60,101 nt of DNA, filler included, from 3 parts of 3 records of this genome joined end to end with filler, not necessarily neighbours in it, one strand, 5' to 3'. Positions 10,901 to 20,010 are shown, counted from the whole stretch's first letter. A program made the numbers and translations. The notes: generated by a model from the sequence alone, not told the origin.

Positions 10901-11046
10901 ACGCCATCATGGCCGCTCTTGATGCACATACCGAAATGAGTTCACAGGCTCTTGCCTCCGAACAGGTTCGCGATGGCATCAAGCAAGTGCTTATGGGGCC
11001 ATCGAAGCTCTATGAGGCTTTGAGAGATGAAGAACAGGTCGACTAA
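7918..11046 (+). CDS. hsdR: Type I R-M restriction subunit R
   Basis: DLVLFLNGIPVATVELK nuclease motif, HSAGSGKT Walker A, DEAH, FTATPK, QTLSRLNR. Confidence 0.97.
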   Translation: MAIHNEIKFEDEICDYLSSQGWNYAKGDADKYDRELALFPEDVVQWVKGSLPDAWEALEKNHGASAQQTLLKRLRDCLNQGGALEVLRNGFDVLGLRSKLKMAQFKPALPTEEIVERYEQNILRVVRQVHYSVHNELNIDLVLFLNGIPVATVELKTDFTQSIDDAVDQYRFDRLPIQKGKGPEPLLQFASGALVHFAVSSSEVMMTTKLAGPATVFLPFNQGSNGPGNDGSKGNPQNPEGHKTSYLWEKVWQRDSWLDILGRYMLAERDSKKNIKTIVFPRFHQLDVTRELVSTVLDEGPGRKYLVQHSAGSGKTKSIAWTAHFLADLHEPKTGEKVFQSVIVVSDRNVIDGQLQDAIFEMERNKGVVATIKGRSGSKSGELAEALAGNKKIVVCTIQTFPFAMEEVSRLSATEGKKFAVIADEAHSSQTGRAATKLKQMLTVEEQEDLEDGGTISTEDLLAVQMSSRASDAGVTYVAFTATPKEKTLENFGRLPDPTKPRGKDNLPEPFHVYSMQQAIEEGFILDVLKNYTSYKLAFRLANDGKEWTDDEVETSEAKAGLMRWVRLHPYNIAQKVQIVVEHFREQVAPLLEGRAKAMVVTSSRKEAVRWQVAINKYIKDSGYPLKTLVAFSGEVNDKESGPDPFKETSSDLNPDLKGRDIREAFKGDEYQILLVANKFQTGFDQPLLCGMYVDKKLKGIHTVQTLSRLNRCYPGKEDTYVLDFVNEPADILLEFKKYFTTASLEDVTDRNIVLDLRTKLDQAGHYDEPEIERVVAIELNPNSKQKQLEAAIAPVADRLLKKFESAKAALKEAKANEDKKAESEAKDEMNALLLFKADLSTYQRAYTFLSQIFDYANTDLEKRSIFYRYLIPLLKFGRERQGVDLSQVKLTHYKLRNRGKQPMPLKDKEYPTIPPITAAGTGSVREEKKAYLSEIIEQLNELFEGDLTDDDKLIYVNNVIKGKLLESDTLRQQAKSNSKEQFANSPDLSTEIMNAIMAALDAHTEMSSQALASEQVRDGIKQVLMGPSKLYEALRDEEQVD

Positions 11047-11090
11047 TGGTGAAAGCGAACCAAGAAACCAGATTTCTGGTCTTGGTGTAA

Positions 11091-11792
11091 TTGAGTCGAC
11101 TCGTGGAGGCTAGCTTGGTGAACGGCTGGAAAGAAATTGATACCAACGAGGCGCTTGCAAGAGTTGAAAGCTATGGTTTTTGCTGCATCCAAGAGACATC
11201 AGTTTCAAGTGAAAACCTTCTTAAGCTTGGTGGTCGGCTTGGTTCGGTGGTCCCTTCTCGCAATGATGGCGGGCCGGTAGATGAACTCACGATCAGGAAT
11301 TGCGATGCGGGAAGAGAATCATCACTGACAGCTTGTTATGGTGAGGGTGCCTTTCCGTTTCACACGGATACTGCCTACTGGACCATTCCCGCCCGATTTA
11401 TCGCATTACAGTGCGTTGTCCCAGGCCGAGCGACCTTGCTCCTCGACTCAAGAACCTGGGCTTTGGACGAAGGCTGTTGGAGAGATTTTCAGAATTCAGT
11501 CTTTGCTGTAAGGAACGGCAGGCATTCCTTTTATGGAAATTGCATTGCTAAAGATGCAGGGACAATAAGATACGATCCAGCCTGTATGACACCGAAAAAC
11601 TCCGCTGCTCACGCGTGTGAAGAACTATTGGCCGGTCTGGCAACGGAAGAGCACTGCACGAAACGTATAGATTGGGAGCAGGGGCTAATCGTACTTATCG
11701 ATAATTGGCGTCTGCTCCACGCAAGAAGTGGAGTCGACGATGGGACGATTGAAAACCCAGAACGGAAGCTATACAGAGTAACGATAAGATGA
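11091..11792 (+). CDS. TauD/TfdA-family Fe(II)/2-oxoglutarate dioxygenase
   Basis: FPFHTDTAY (HxD) and IDNWRLLHAR...R motifs; TTG start is uncertain. Confidence 0.8.
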   Translation: MSRLVEASLVNGWKEIDTNEALARVESYGFCCIQETSVSSENLLKLGGRLGSVVPSRNDGGPVDELTIRNCDAGRESSLTACYGEGAFPFHTDTAYWTIPARFIALQCVVPGRATLLLDSRTWALDEGCWRDFQNSVFAVRNGRHSFYGNCIAKDAGTIRYDPACMTPKNSAAHACEELLAGLATEEHCTKRIDWEQGLIVLIDNWRLLHARSGVDDGTIENPERKLYRVTIR

Positions 11793-12745
11793 ACCAACCA
11801 CACAAGGCTTTTGACAAATCTGCTCTTTTCAAGAAGTCGCAGCTATATATCTCGCGCGGATATAGGGCATTCAAAGCGAACGATTTAGACGAATATCAGC
11901 TTTGGGCATCAATGGCTCTCGAACTCTTAGCGAAGTCTTCATTGAGCCATTTCAGTCCGACATTGGTTGCTGATCCCGACCATTTCAGATCACTTTTTTC
12001 CGCTTGTGGAGCAAAGCAATACTTTGATGTAAAGACGATTCAAGCCTCGACACTCTTCAAACGAATCGGGGTGTTGGATAAGACTTTTGACAAGCGGATT
12101 GAGCAATTTTGTACCGACATTTCCAAACGGAGGAATGCAGAGCTTCATTCTGGAGAGGCACCGTTTGTAGGTATGGACCTAAAACGATGGGAGAACCACT
12201 TTTGGCATGCAATTGATGTGCTATTGAAACTTCAAGAGCAGGATCTTGAGGACTGGTTAGATCCTCAAGATGCGAAGGAAAAGTCGGAGTTTCTTGCTGA
12301 AGCAGAGAGTGCCAGGGGCAAAGCAATTTTGGCAAGAATTCAGAATTGCAAAGAAGAGTTCAAGGAGAAATGGAAAGACGATCAGGAGGGAAAATCGGAG
12401 AGGCTAACCGCATCAGCGAGCATATCTCCAACGAGCTTCTTTAAAAGATTCCCGTCAGACATGGATGCTTTTGATCTTCAGGATTGCCCTTCCTGCACCG
12501 GAAAAGGAATTGTCGCAGGAACTGAATGCAACGAAGAGGTCATCGACTCAGATTGGGAGGAGGATTGGGATGGGCCTCCAATCGACGTCGTACAGATTTC
12601 ATACGTTACAGAAGAGTTCTGGTGTCCGGTTTGCGGCCTGAAGTTGGCTGGAGTTCAAGAAGTTGGGGCCAGCAACATTCCAGAAGAATTTCAGCAGGAA
12701 ACAGAAAGAGAACGAGAGTTTGAGCCCGACTACGGAAATGACTAG
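11789..12745 (+). CDS. Putative HEPN-like protein with C-terminal Zn-finger and acidic tail
   Basis: ALELLAK helix, RNAELH (R-x4-H), CPSC...CPVC; ATGA overlap with upstream gene. Confidence 0.6.
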   Translation: MNQPHKAFDKSALFKKSQLYISRGYRAFKANDLDEYQLWASMALELLAKSSLSHFSPTLVADPDHFRSLFSACGAKQYFDVKTIQASTLFKRIGVLDKTFDKRIEQFCTDISKRRNAELHSGEAPFVGMDLKRWENHFWHAIDVLLKLQEQDLEDWLDPQDAKEKSEFLAEAESARGKAILARIQNCKEEFKEKWKDDQEGKSERLTASASISPTSFFKRFPSDMDAFDLQDCPSCTGKGIVAGTECNEEVIDSDWEEDWDGPPIDVVQISYVTEEFWCPVCGLKLAGVQEVGASNIPEEFQQETEREREFEPDYGND

Positions 12746-12886
12746 TTGGACGCAAAAGTTTTTCTTCGCTAATCCACTGAATCCCCAACACTCGGAGCTA
12801 GAAAGTGCTTAAGCGCAAACTGCGTTAGCAGGGCCTCTTCTGTGTAACCCCCTGCAAACAAAGGGATTAAGTGCTTAAACGCAATT

Positions 12887-13900
12887 CTAAATTGAGATTC
12901 TCTCGACAATATTCCTGCTGATTTTACGGCCTCTGCGGTCATAGAGGCGTGTGGTCCGAGGGTCAGCATGCCCAGCTAGACGTTGCACGTCTTCCAACGG
13001 AATTCCTTGACTGAGTAGGTCGGTAATTGTGGTGACACGGAATGAGTGAGGGGAAAGCGATGGAGGCAGACCAGCTTGCTTCATCCGTCGTTTTACCATG
13101 CGGCCTATGTCGTTGGCCGTCATTCCATTTTCTGTAAGCTCCCGTGTCCGACGAACGGTTGAGCGGAATAAGGGCGTTGCCTTATCAGCGTCTTTCAAGC
13201 CAGCACAGTGGATGTATTCACTGATAAAGGCTTTCAGGTCATAGCGGGCGGGAATCTCTCTCTGTTTGCCGCCCTTCTCACGAAAACGAAGCGAATACTG
13301 GTCGCCCAAGTCAACGAAATCTCCGATTCGAAGATTAGCAACGGCACTAACTCGAGCTGCTGTGTAGACAAGCACACCGATGATCGCTTGGTCACGAAGG
13401 CCAACCACGGAAAGGTGGTCAATGGACTGGAATAGTGTTCGAACTTGCTCCTTCGAGACCTCCGGAGTTTTCCCTTCAACAACAGAGAGCCTTTCGCTAC
13501 GAACCGAGTTTGCGGGATTAAGCACCACAACGTGCCGAGTGACCAGACAATCAAAGAAATGCCGCAGGGCTGACAAGTGAACCTTCTTCGTTGACGGCCC
13601 AACATCGAGGTCGTCGAGGTAATCTGCGACATCACGCGGCAACACGTGAGGAAGGCTTCTGCCGATTGTCTCACACTTGCTCAGGAAGCTTCTGATTGAG
13701 TGCTCGTAAGCACGCCTAGTGTGCTTGTTTCGAATCTTCGCATAGATGAACTCTTCCCAAGCGAACCTGGCACCAGGGCCCGCAGATGCGACGAGCGAGG
13801 GCAAGTCGTTGCTCTCAAGTGCGGCGGATAGTTTCAGTTGAGTGGGAGCAACTAACGTGCGGTTCTGAGAAGAGGCATCGGTCTTTTCGTCTGAATTCAT
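12887..13900 (-). CDS. Tyrosine recombinase (XerC/D-like, resolvase-type)
   Basis: TAARVSA (R), EKGGK (K), SPHSFR (HxxR), AGHADPRTTRLY (H, Y). Confidence 0.92.
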   Translation of the reverse strand: MNSDEKTDASSQNRTLVAPTQLKLSAALESNDLPSLVASAGPGARFAWEEFIYAKIRNKHTRRAYEHSIRSFLSKCETIGRSLPHVLPRDVADYLDDLDVGPSTKKVHLSALRHFFDCLVTRHVVVLNPANSVRSERLSVVEGKTPEVSKEQVRTLFQSIDHLSVVGLRDQAIIGVLVYTAARVSAVANLRIGDFVDLGDQYSLRFREKGGKQREIPARYDLKAFISEYIHCAGLKDADKATPLFRSTVRRTRELTENGMTANDIGRMVKRRMKQAGLPPSLSPHSFRVTTITDLLSQGIPLEDVQRLAGHADPRTTRLYDRRGRKISRNIVERISI

Positions 13901-13996
13901 TCTTGGGCACTCAAGAGAATGCTGCTCTTCGCAGCAAATCATTCACACAGTGTCCCCATCGTAAAACAGCCAAATGCGGACTTATCGGCCATTGCA

Positions 13997-14032
13997 GTTA
14001 ATGCATGATAACGTCTTTTGTCATGCATTAAC
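13997..14032. other. Putative tyrosine-recombinase core site (15-6-15 inverted repeat)
   Basis: GTTAATGCATGATAA-CGTCTT-TTGTCATGCATTAAC, one mismatch, ~100 bp upstream of the recombinase start. Confidence 0.7.
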
Positions 14033-14132
14033 TTGCAACATTGCATTGCACTTGTAAATAGAGAATGTGTTCGAAGCGACACATTAAATCTGGTAGGAAG
14101 TTAGGGACTGTAAACTAGAACTGCCTGATGCC

Positions 14133-14798
14133 ATGCGTAACGTTATTTTCTCGATTTTGACCCTCTGTGTTTGCTCATGCACTACATCAGTAAATGATTC
14201 CTGGGTTGACGACGAGCAATCGGAACAGAGCTACTCCGATCGTGTCTTTTCAGAAACCTTCCACGAGCTGGACGACTACACGGCAAACGAGAAAATAACC
14301 GGGCCAACTTATCCCGAGGACCACGGAGAGAACCTACGACGCAACACATTCCTAGCCGGTTTAGCTGGCGGTAGACGTTCTGTCATAGGCAGAAGACTCT
14401 TAAAGGACCGAGGTCCGAGTTCCAAGTTGATAGCAGTCCGAGGATCTAATGATCCGAAAACTCCTGACACTAAGGAGTGGAGAGTCCTCTTGGTCGTATC
14501 TGCGGTAGGCATCGATTGGAAGTTTCTTCGTCAGGCATATGCACGAGGAGGGAGGAAACTACAGACTCATGAGCTTGGTCGTCGGGTCTACTCTGGCAAT
14601 TCCGTGGCGGAATTCATCGCTATCGAGCTTCCAAAAGAGTACTATGCAGGAGAAGCAATGGAGGAAGGTATAGATGTTCGAATTGACGGAAAATGGGGAG
14701 TCATGCACGTAAATCTGCCAGCAGACTACTTGCAGGGATTCGAGAAGAAAAAAGCATCATTGATAAGTGAAATGCGAAAATCTTCCGAGGCCAAGTAG
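14133..14798 (+). CDS. Hypothetical lipoprotein
   Basis: Signal peptide MRNVIFSILTLCVCSC with lipobox-like Cys. Confidence 0.65.
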   Translation: MRNVIFSILTLCVCSCTTSVNDSWVDDEQSEQSYSDRVFSETFHELDDYTANEKITGPTYPEDHGENLRRNTFLAGLAGGRRSVIGRRLLKDRGPSSKLIAVRGSNDPKTPDTKEWRVLLVVSAVGIDWKFLRQAYARGGRKLQTHELGRRVYSGNSVAEFIAIELPKEYYAGEAMEEGIDVRIDGKWGVMHVNLPADYLQGFEKKKASLISEMRKSSEAK

Positions 14799-14889
14799 TC
14801 GAGTAACCACTAAAACCTTCGGTATCTGGAGTCTCACTTCCAGTCGACATACTTGGAGCCAAGCCTTGGTTCTTGGCTCGCAAAATTCT

Positions 14890-15123
14890 CTACGTACCGG
14901 CTTGCTCAAAGATCCAGGTGTGAGCCCGATCGCTAACCTTAGCAACAAGAGGCAAGTCATCACGTCCAAAGGACGTTGAGTCTTTCCAGTCGTTGCCGTC
15001 CTTGTAGAGCCGTGTGAGGGTCACGTTGTAGCGAACGCCATTCTGAGTTTGATTTTCCCAGACTGCTGCCTTGATGGCACCGAGACGCACTTCGTGAACA
15101 GGACGCGACTTCTTTTCAGTCAT
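14890..15123 (-). CDS. Small PC4/SSB-like protein (77 aa), copy 1
   Basis: IKAAVWEN...YNVTLTRLYKD..WKDSTSFGRDDLPLVAKV; GGAG RBS; paralogue at 23397-23633; fold assignment is inference. Confidence 0.75.
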   Translation of the reverse strand: MTEKKSRPVHEVRLGAIKAAVWENQTQNGVRYNVTLTRLYKDGNDWKDSTSFGRDDLPLVAKVSDRAHTWIFEQAGT

Positions 15124-15161
15124 TCGACTTACTCCGAAAAAAAACTGCTTTACCGCCAACA

Positions 15162-15598
15162 TGGCCGGGTTCTGCAGGATGCGTTGATACTCCTCCAGAA
15201 CCCGGCCAGCATTGGCTCAAACCTCAGTCGACTACAGGCCTCGAGCAGTGCGATGCACTACACGAGGTCAGTACAGCTCTTCTTCCGTCGCTTACGACAG
15301 GTCTACACCAGAGTTCTTCAGAAGTCATCACTCTTAGAGAAGGCTTCGTCGTCCTATCAATCTTCGGGGCTCGCCTGCGATTTACTTTGGCCCCGAAGAT
15401 TGTGGACGGCTAGAAGCCGTCTTAGGAGCAAGGCTTTGTTGTTCGGATTTCTGAGGGGCGTTTCGCCGAAAGAGTGAGACTTTCCAGTTTTGAGCCATTT
15501 TCCGGATCCGGAAACCTGAGCGAAACTGGAAACTAAAGCTCTGCGGCTAAGCCCGCGTATTGATGCAGGCTTGCCCTGCATGGAAAGCGGGCTTAGCC
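15162..15598. repeat. Long inverted repeats upstream of the PC4-like gene
   Basis: 13-bp stem 15162-15174/15196-15208; nested stem 15481-15532 containing the 16-bp palindrome TTTCCGGATCCGGAAA; 12-bp stem 15545-15556/15587-15598. Confidence 0.7.
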
Positions 15599-15793
15599 TT
15601 TGCTATTGCCCTCGAGCCTGTGGACTCTGAAGCTCAGTTTGCTCTTCACCAAGGGCATGACAGAATCCAGTAGCACGCCTATTCCGCCAGCAAACTGACT
15701 TCAGTATTCACAGGCGGGAAGGTGATGTGAGATTCTCCAGCAATCCATTTCTCTGACTATTGCTCTTGCCCATTGAGCGGTCATACTCAGAGA

Positions 15794-15877
15794 AGTTGTT
15801 CCCAGCGAAGTCGGGAATGAAAACATAAGACTTCCCGACCCACCGCCGGGTCTGTGAAAACATAAGGCGGTTTTTTT
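15794..15877 (+). ncRNA. Candidate small RNA with two hairpins showing the same 12-nt sequence, ending in an intrinsic terminator
   Basis: TGAAAACATAAG at 15818-15829 and 15855-15866 in stems GTCGGGAA/TTCCCGAC and ACCGCC/GGCGGT+T-run; TTGCTC-N16-CATACT at 15760-15787. Confidence 0.5.
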
Positions 15878-15887
15878 ATGCGCAGTC

Positions 15888-17180
15888 CTAAGGACTTAGC
15901 ATTCCTTTCTCCACGAGCTTTGGTCCCCATTTTCTAAGCAAAGCTTGTCCGCGTTTCGGAATCGTGAGGTCAATCTGCGACCAGAATCCTTGAGAGGTCA
16001 TCTTCCAGTCTTTCGCCCATTCAGCATTAGGGCGTTTATGGTTAGCCGCGTGCACGCGAATGTACTGCAGCAAGCCGTTCTGGTTGTCAGCCGTAGCTCC
16101 CAGCCCAACTAGGTAGCCATATGAGGCAGGCTTTTTCTCTAGTGTTGCGTTGGGGCCTCTCAGTGATTCAGATTCAGCCAGCAATGTCGCCAGGTACCGC
16201 TTGATGTCGGGCAAGTCAGCTTGGAACTGGCCCTCTTCAGCTGCTTGCTCCGTCTTCTTTTGAATCTCCGCTAGCTTGCGTTCTTCCTCTTCTTGCTTCG
16301 CTTTGGACTCTGCTGCGATTCTCGCCTGCTCCTTCGCGAGCAAGGCATTTTCTGCTTTCCTCTGAGCGTCGGCTAGCTTCTGCTCGTTCGCTTCTTTCAG
16401 AGCCAACAACTCAGCCTGGTTCTTCGATCGAACCTGCTCCATATGCTCAATCTCGGCTTGAAGCTGAGCCTCTCTGTCCAATTCATTCAGCGAAGCGATG
16501 GTTTCGCGCAATGTCATTCCTGTGACTGTCGCATAGGTCGCATTTGCAAGCGTCTTCAGTGGCGGTAGGACCTTCGTGAGATTCTTAAGTGCTTGTGTGG
16601 TTTCACGGTCAATATCTGCAATCTGTGAATTGACTTCAGGTGTTACGGAGTAGCCAGGCCGTGGATTATCTACAGCGGCCTTAATGGGAATCCCTAGGAC
16701 TTCTAGTTGCCTTTGTAGTCGCTTTGCATTCGGTATCCCAAAACTCTCTGCCAACTCCAGTAAGTGCTTAGCTTTTTTAGTAGCCGCTTTGTCTGATGCA
16801 ATCCGTTGTCCAGATTCACCGTCCAGAACATCCGCCTGAAGAGCTTCCCATTCATCTGCTCGTACCTGAAGTTCCTCAACACTAGACTCAATCTCTTGAA
16901 TATTCTCGAGCACAGCTAAAGCCACGGCACGGGAAACAGCCGTTTGCTCATCGAGAATTTGCTGCTGTGCAATCCGCTGAGCCTTCTCTTCATCGATTTC
17001 ATTCAGAGCGGCTGCAGTGGAGTCATCCGCCCGCAGTTCAGCAAGCAGTGCTTCACGCGAAGACTCTCGTCGATGCTTGAGGTAGGTTGGTAGCAATAGT
17101 ACTGCCGCAATTGCAGCAACGATGGCAAAGCGGAATAGGTTCGGGCCAGAGTTAGACTCGGATTGAAGCTGATCAGTCAT
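15888..17180 (-). CDS. Membrane-anchored coiled-coil hypothetical protein
   Basis: N-terminal TM helix (FAIVAAIAAVLLLP), long E/A/K/Q-rich helical region; last gene of the mobilisation operon. Confidence 0.8.
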   Translation of the reverse strand: MTDQLQSESNSGPNLFRFAIVAAIAAVLLLPTYLKHRRESSREALLAELRADDSTAAALNEIDEEKAQRIAQQQILDEQTAVSRAVALAVLENIQEIESSVEELQVRADEWEALQADVLDGESGQRIASDKAATKKAKHLLELAESFGIPNAKRLQRQLEVLGIPIKAAVDNPRPGYSVTPEVNSQIADIDRETTQALKNLTKVLPPLKTLANATYATVTGMTLRETIASLNELDREAQLQAEIEHMEQVRSKNQAELLALKEANEQKLADAQRKAENALLAKEQARIAAESKAKQEEEERKLAEIQKKTEQAAEEGQFQADLPDIKRYLATLLAESESLRGPNATLEKKPASYGYLVGLGATADNQNGLLQYIRVHAANHKRPNAEWAKDWKMTSQGFWSQIDLTIPKRGQALLRKWGPKLVEKGMLSP

Positions 17181-17202
17181 CAGAGGACTCTACAAATTCG
17201 GA

Positions 17203-19995
17203 TTAGAGGAAAATGTCGGGGTTAGGAGGAGCAACATCAGGCTTTGGTGCTCCTTGGGCTTGGTAGTTTCGCTCGCGGTGAAACTCTTTAATGGTTCCAT
17301 CGGAAGCTTCAGGCCAAGGAGCAGACTTGCGTTCGATGAACTCTTCTTCAGAAATCGTGTAGCCCGATTGCATCACGAAGGAAAAGCCACCGTACTGGGC
17401 AAAGCCTGCACCACGACGAAGCTGCACTAGGCTACGTCCTTCCTTATCCGTAGCTAGAAGAATGTCGTTGAGTCTCTGCCTGCTGACAACTCGTTCGCTT
17501 AGTGAGAGAGAGCCGAGCCCAACCGTGCTGGCAATCGAATCGAGAAAGCTCGCGTGATGTTGGACGGTTTCACCTGAGGCTCGAACAAGCCTTTCTTGGT
17601 CATCGAGATACGACGATGCAAAGACCTGACGAAACCGCGTGTTGGTGCTCACAGCGGGAATAAGATCCACGCCTGGGGTTTTGAGGTCGGAGATCGTTTG
17701 ATTTGCCAGGACAAGACCAATGTTCAGGCTTCGAGCCAACTGCAGCACCATCTCCAAATTGGAAGCCACAATACGTTGGAACTCGTCGATGATGACATAA
17801 GTCTGCACACGCTCAGAAGGCGGCACGCCGTAGGCAGAGTGCATCAACGAATACAGAGCAAGCCTGGCGATCTCACCGGAGACTCCTGTGCCTGCACCCG
17901 AGGAGAGATGGAAATAGGCTGTTTGTGGTTTTCGGCAAACGCTTGAGAAATCAATGGCATGCGCACATGCAACCTCGTCCTCACAATTCAGAGCCTCACT
18001 ATCCGCAAGTCGCTTTACGACGTGAACCACATGAGAAGCATTTCTTCTGTGCTCTCTATCCGCTCGCTTTGAAGTAGCGGCAAGAAGCCTATCAAGCTGG
18101 CGGAAGGAACGAACAGGTTCGCCAGCTTCGGAGAGTGCCCGCGTCAGTAACTCTAAGTTGGCATCCCCATAGAATGCCCGCCCATAGTCGCGACCATACT
18201 GAAGCCCTAAGGCATTCGCGATAATGTCTGCTTGAATCGTCGCGGGTTGCCCATCCAGATAATCGTGGGCGAGGGGATTGAAGACGTGCGTTGATTTACC
18301 AACGAGGTTTGTGAACCAACGAAAATCTAGGCCAGCATTCACGCTTTCCCGTCTCACACCCTCCATCAACGCGTGATCATCGCCCTTCAGGTCCAGCACC
18401 ACTACCGAACAGTTCGCTCGACGTAGGAGCTGAGACACGATGGAAGCAATACCTATAGAAGTCTTACCCGAGCCCGTATCACCCAAGATGTGAGCATGGT
18501 CATTGAATACTTTTTGGGGAACCAAGACCGGTGCGTTATCAGCAGCATTCACGCCAAGAAAGAGGCTCTGCTTCTCAAAGGAATCTTCGGGACAGCCCTC
18601 CATTTCGTCCACTATGGAATGCCAATCATCGGCTGAGATAAGGTCTCCCTGTTTCAGCCGCTTATTTCTTCCCGCAATGCCGCAGCAAGCCGAAAGGCAT
18701 CCGAGCCAGAGTAATCCCAGCGATACGAGAAATGCGAAGATTGGGTAAGTCGCGATCAGGAGAATGCCACCGCTGAAGAGAAGCACATTCTGAGCCTCTT
18801 CGCTAAGTTTGCTCTCCTCAAGTGCCTTGACCGTTGAATCGACAAAGCCTGGACGACGCATTTCATCTAAGCGACGTTTCCGCTCCGCCTCATCTTCCTC
18901 TTGCTGCTCCTTACGCTGCTTTCTTTCCGCGACTTCCTCAATAATCTGCTCCCGAGTCTTGGGTTCCAGGTCGAGGTAAGGAAAGGTGCCGTATTGAATC
19001 CGCCACAAGTGGCGTAGGTCGCTATCGTTATCGCCAATCGGCGTATTGAGTGGCCCAGGCTGATAAGGGCTTACCATGAAGCCCGTCAACATAAAGCAGG
19101 TGCAAGCCAGCAGCAGAATTCGAAGTCCATGCACTCCAAACGGGCTTTTGTGCACGCCTGGTGACTGACTGTTCCCTCGGTCATAGGTGAGCCAATCCCG
19201 AAGCCCCAGACGCATCGCTTTTCGAAGCGTTGACCAGGTACGAACCGGTCGCTTCCAAAGGAAGGAGCTTAGATTCTCAAGCAAGAAAACAGCACAGGCA
19301 GCACCACCAAGTACGAACAGCGACCGGTAGGTGAAGTCTTCGCTAAAGACGACTGCTTCCTGCATCTCCCAATACCAATATGCATAAGCACAGGCCGGAG
19401 CGATAAGTAGGTAAGCAGGATAGAGTTCGGCTCCAGGAATCGCCCCAAGTTTCCATAGCCGATGGTTCCAAGCAGAGCGAAGTCGCTGACTCTCCTTGGG
19501 GTTCATCGGAGCACAGGTTTCAATCAGAAAGCAGTGGGTTGCAATCGTGTCTGCCATCAAGGCGATAGCACCAGCCGCCACAAAGAAGAACAGATAAGGC
19601 TCCCGGTAGCAGAAAGCAATCGCCCAGGCGAAAACAGCTAAGACAAAGGCCAGCCACTTAAACCGGGATTGCCGGGCAGTTCCGTACAGCCAGACAAAGC
19701 CAAGCGTGCCGATGAAACTCACAAAGCAGCCAACGGCCCAGCTATCAATCAAGTGATTGGGCGTCATCAAGAAAGCGGGAAACGCGAGCCAAATGAATGC
19801 ACCCACACCAAAGATTGCCCAGAAGCGAACAAGACGCTTGTTGCTGAAAACCTCAGGGTCATCCAGGGCAGGGAATGACAGAGAAAGCTTCTCGTCTTCT
19901 GGTAAGCGACTGGTCTGAACTGGATTGCCTGTTTCCTGCCGCAACGACTCTGGAATCGTTGGCAGTCCACCCGCCAGTTCTCGAATACTATCCAT
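17203..19995 (-). CDS. VirD4/TraD-like type IV coupling protein with multi-TM N-terminus
   Basis: HAHILGDTGSGKT Walker A, VLDLKGD, IIDEFQ Walker B, ARS..IGLVLANQ. Confidence 0.85.
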   Translation of the reverse strand: MDSIRELAGGLPTIPESLRQETGNPVQTSRLPEDEKLSLSFPALDDPEVFSNKRLVRFWAIFGVGAFIWLAFPAFLMTPNHLIDSWAVGCFVSFIGTLGFVWLYGTARQSRFKWLAFVLAVFAWAIAFCYREPYLFFFVAAGAIALMADTIATHCFLIETCAPMNPKESQRLRSAWNHRLWKLGAIPGAELYPAYLLIAPACAYAYWYWEMQEAVVFSEDFTYRSLFVLGGAACAVFLLENLSSFLWKRPVRTWSTLRKAMRLGLRDWLTYDRGNSQSPGVHKSPFGVHGLRILLLACTCFMLTGFMVSPYQPGPLNTPIGDNDSDLRHLWRIQYGTFPYLDLEPKTREQIIEEVAERKQRKEQQEEDEAERKRRLDEMRRPGFVDSTVKALEESKLSEEAQNVLLFSGGILLIATYPIFAFLVSLGLLWLGCLSACCGIAGRNKRLKQGDLISADDWHSIVDEMEGCPEDSFEKQSLFLGVNAADNAPVLVPQKVFNDHAHILGDTGSGKTSIGIASIVSQLLRRANCSVVVLDLKGDDHALMEGVRRESVNAGLDFRWFTNLVGKSTHVFNPLAHDYLDGQPATIQADIIANALGLQYGRDYGRAFYGDANLELLTRALSEAGEPVRSFRQLDRLLAATSKRADREHRRNASHVVHVVKRLADSEALNCEDEVACAHAIDFSSVCRKPQTAYFHLSSGAGTGVSGEIARLALYSLMHSAYGVPPSERVQTYVIIDEFQRIVASNLEMVLQLARSLNIGLVLANQTISDLKTPGVDLIPAVSTNTRFRQVFASSYLDDQERLVRASGETVQHHASFLDSIASTVGLGSLSLSERVVSRQRLNDILLATDKEGRSLVQLRRGAGFAQYGGFSFVMQSGYTISEEEFIERKSAPWPEASDGTIKEFHRERNYQAQGAPKPDVAPPNPDIFL

Positions 19996-20010
19996 GACAA
20001 CTCCCGTGGC

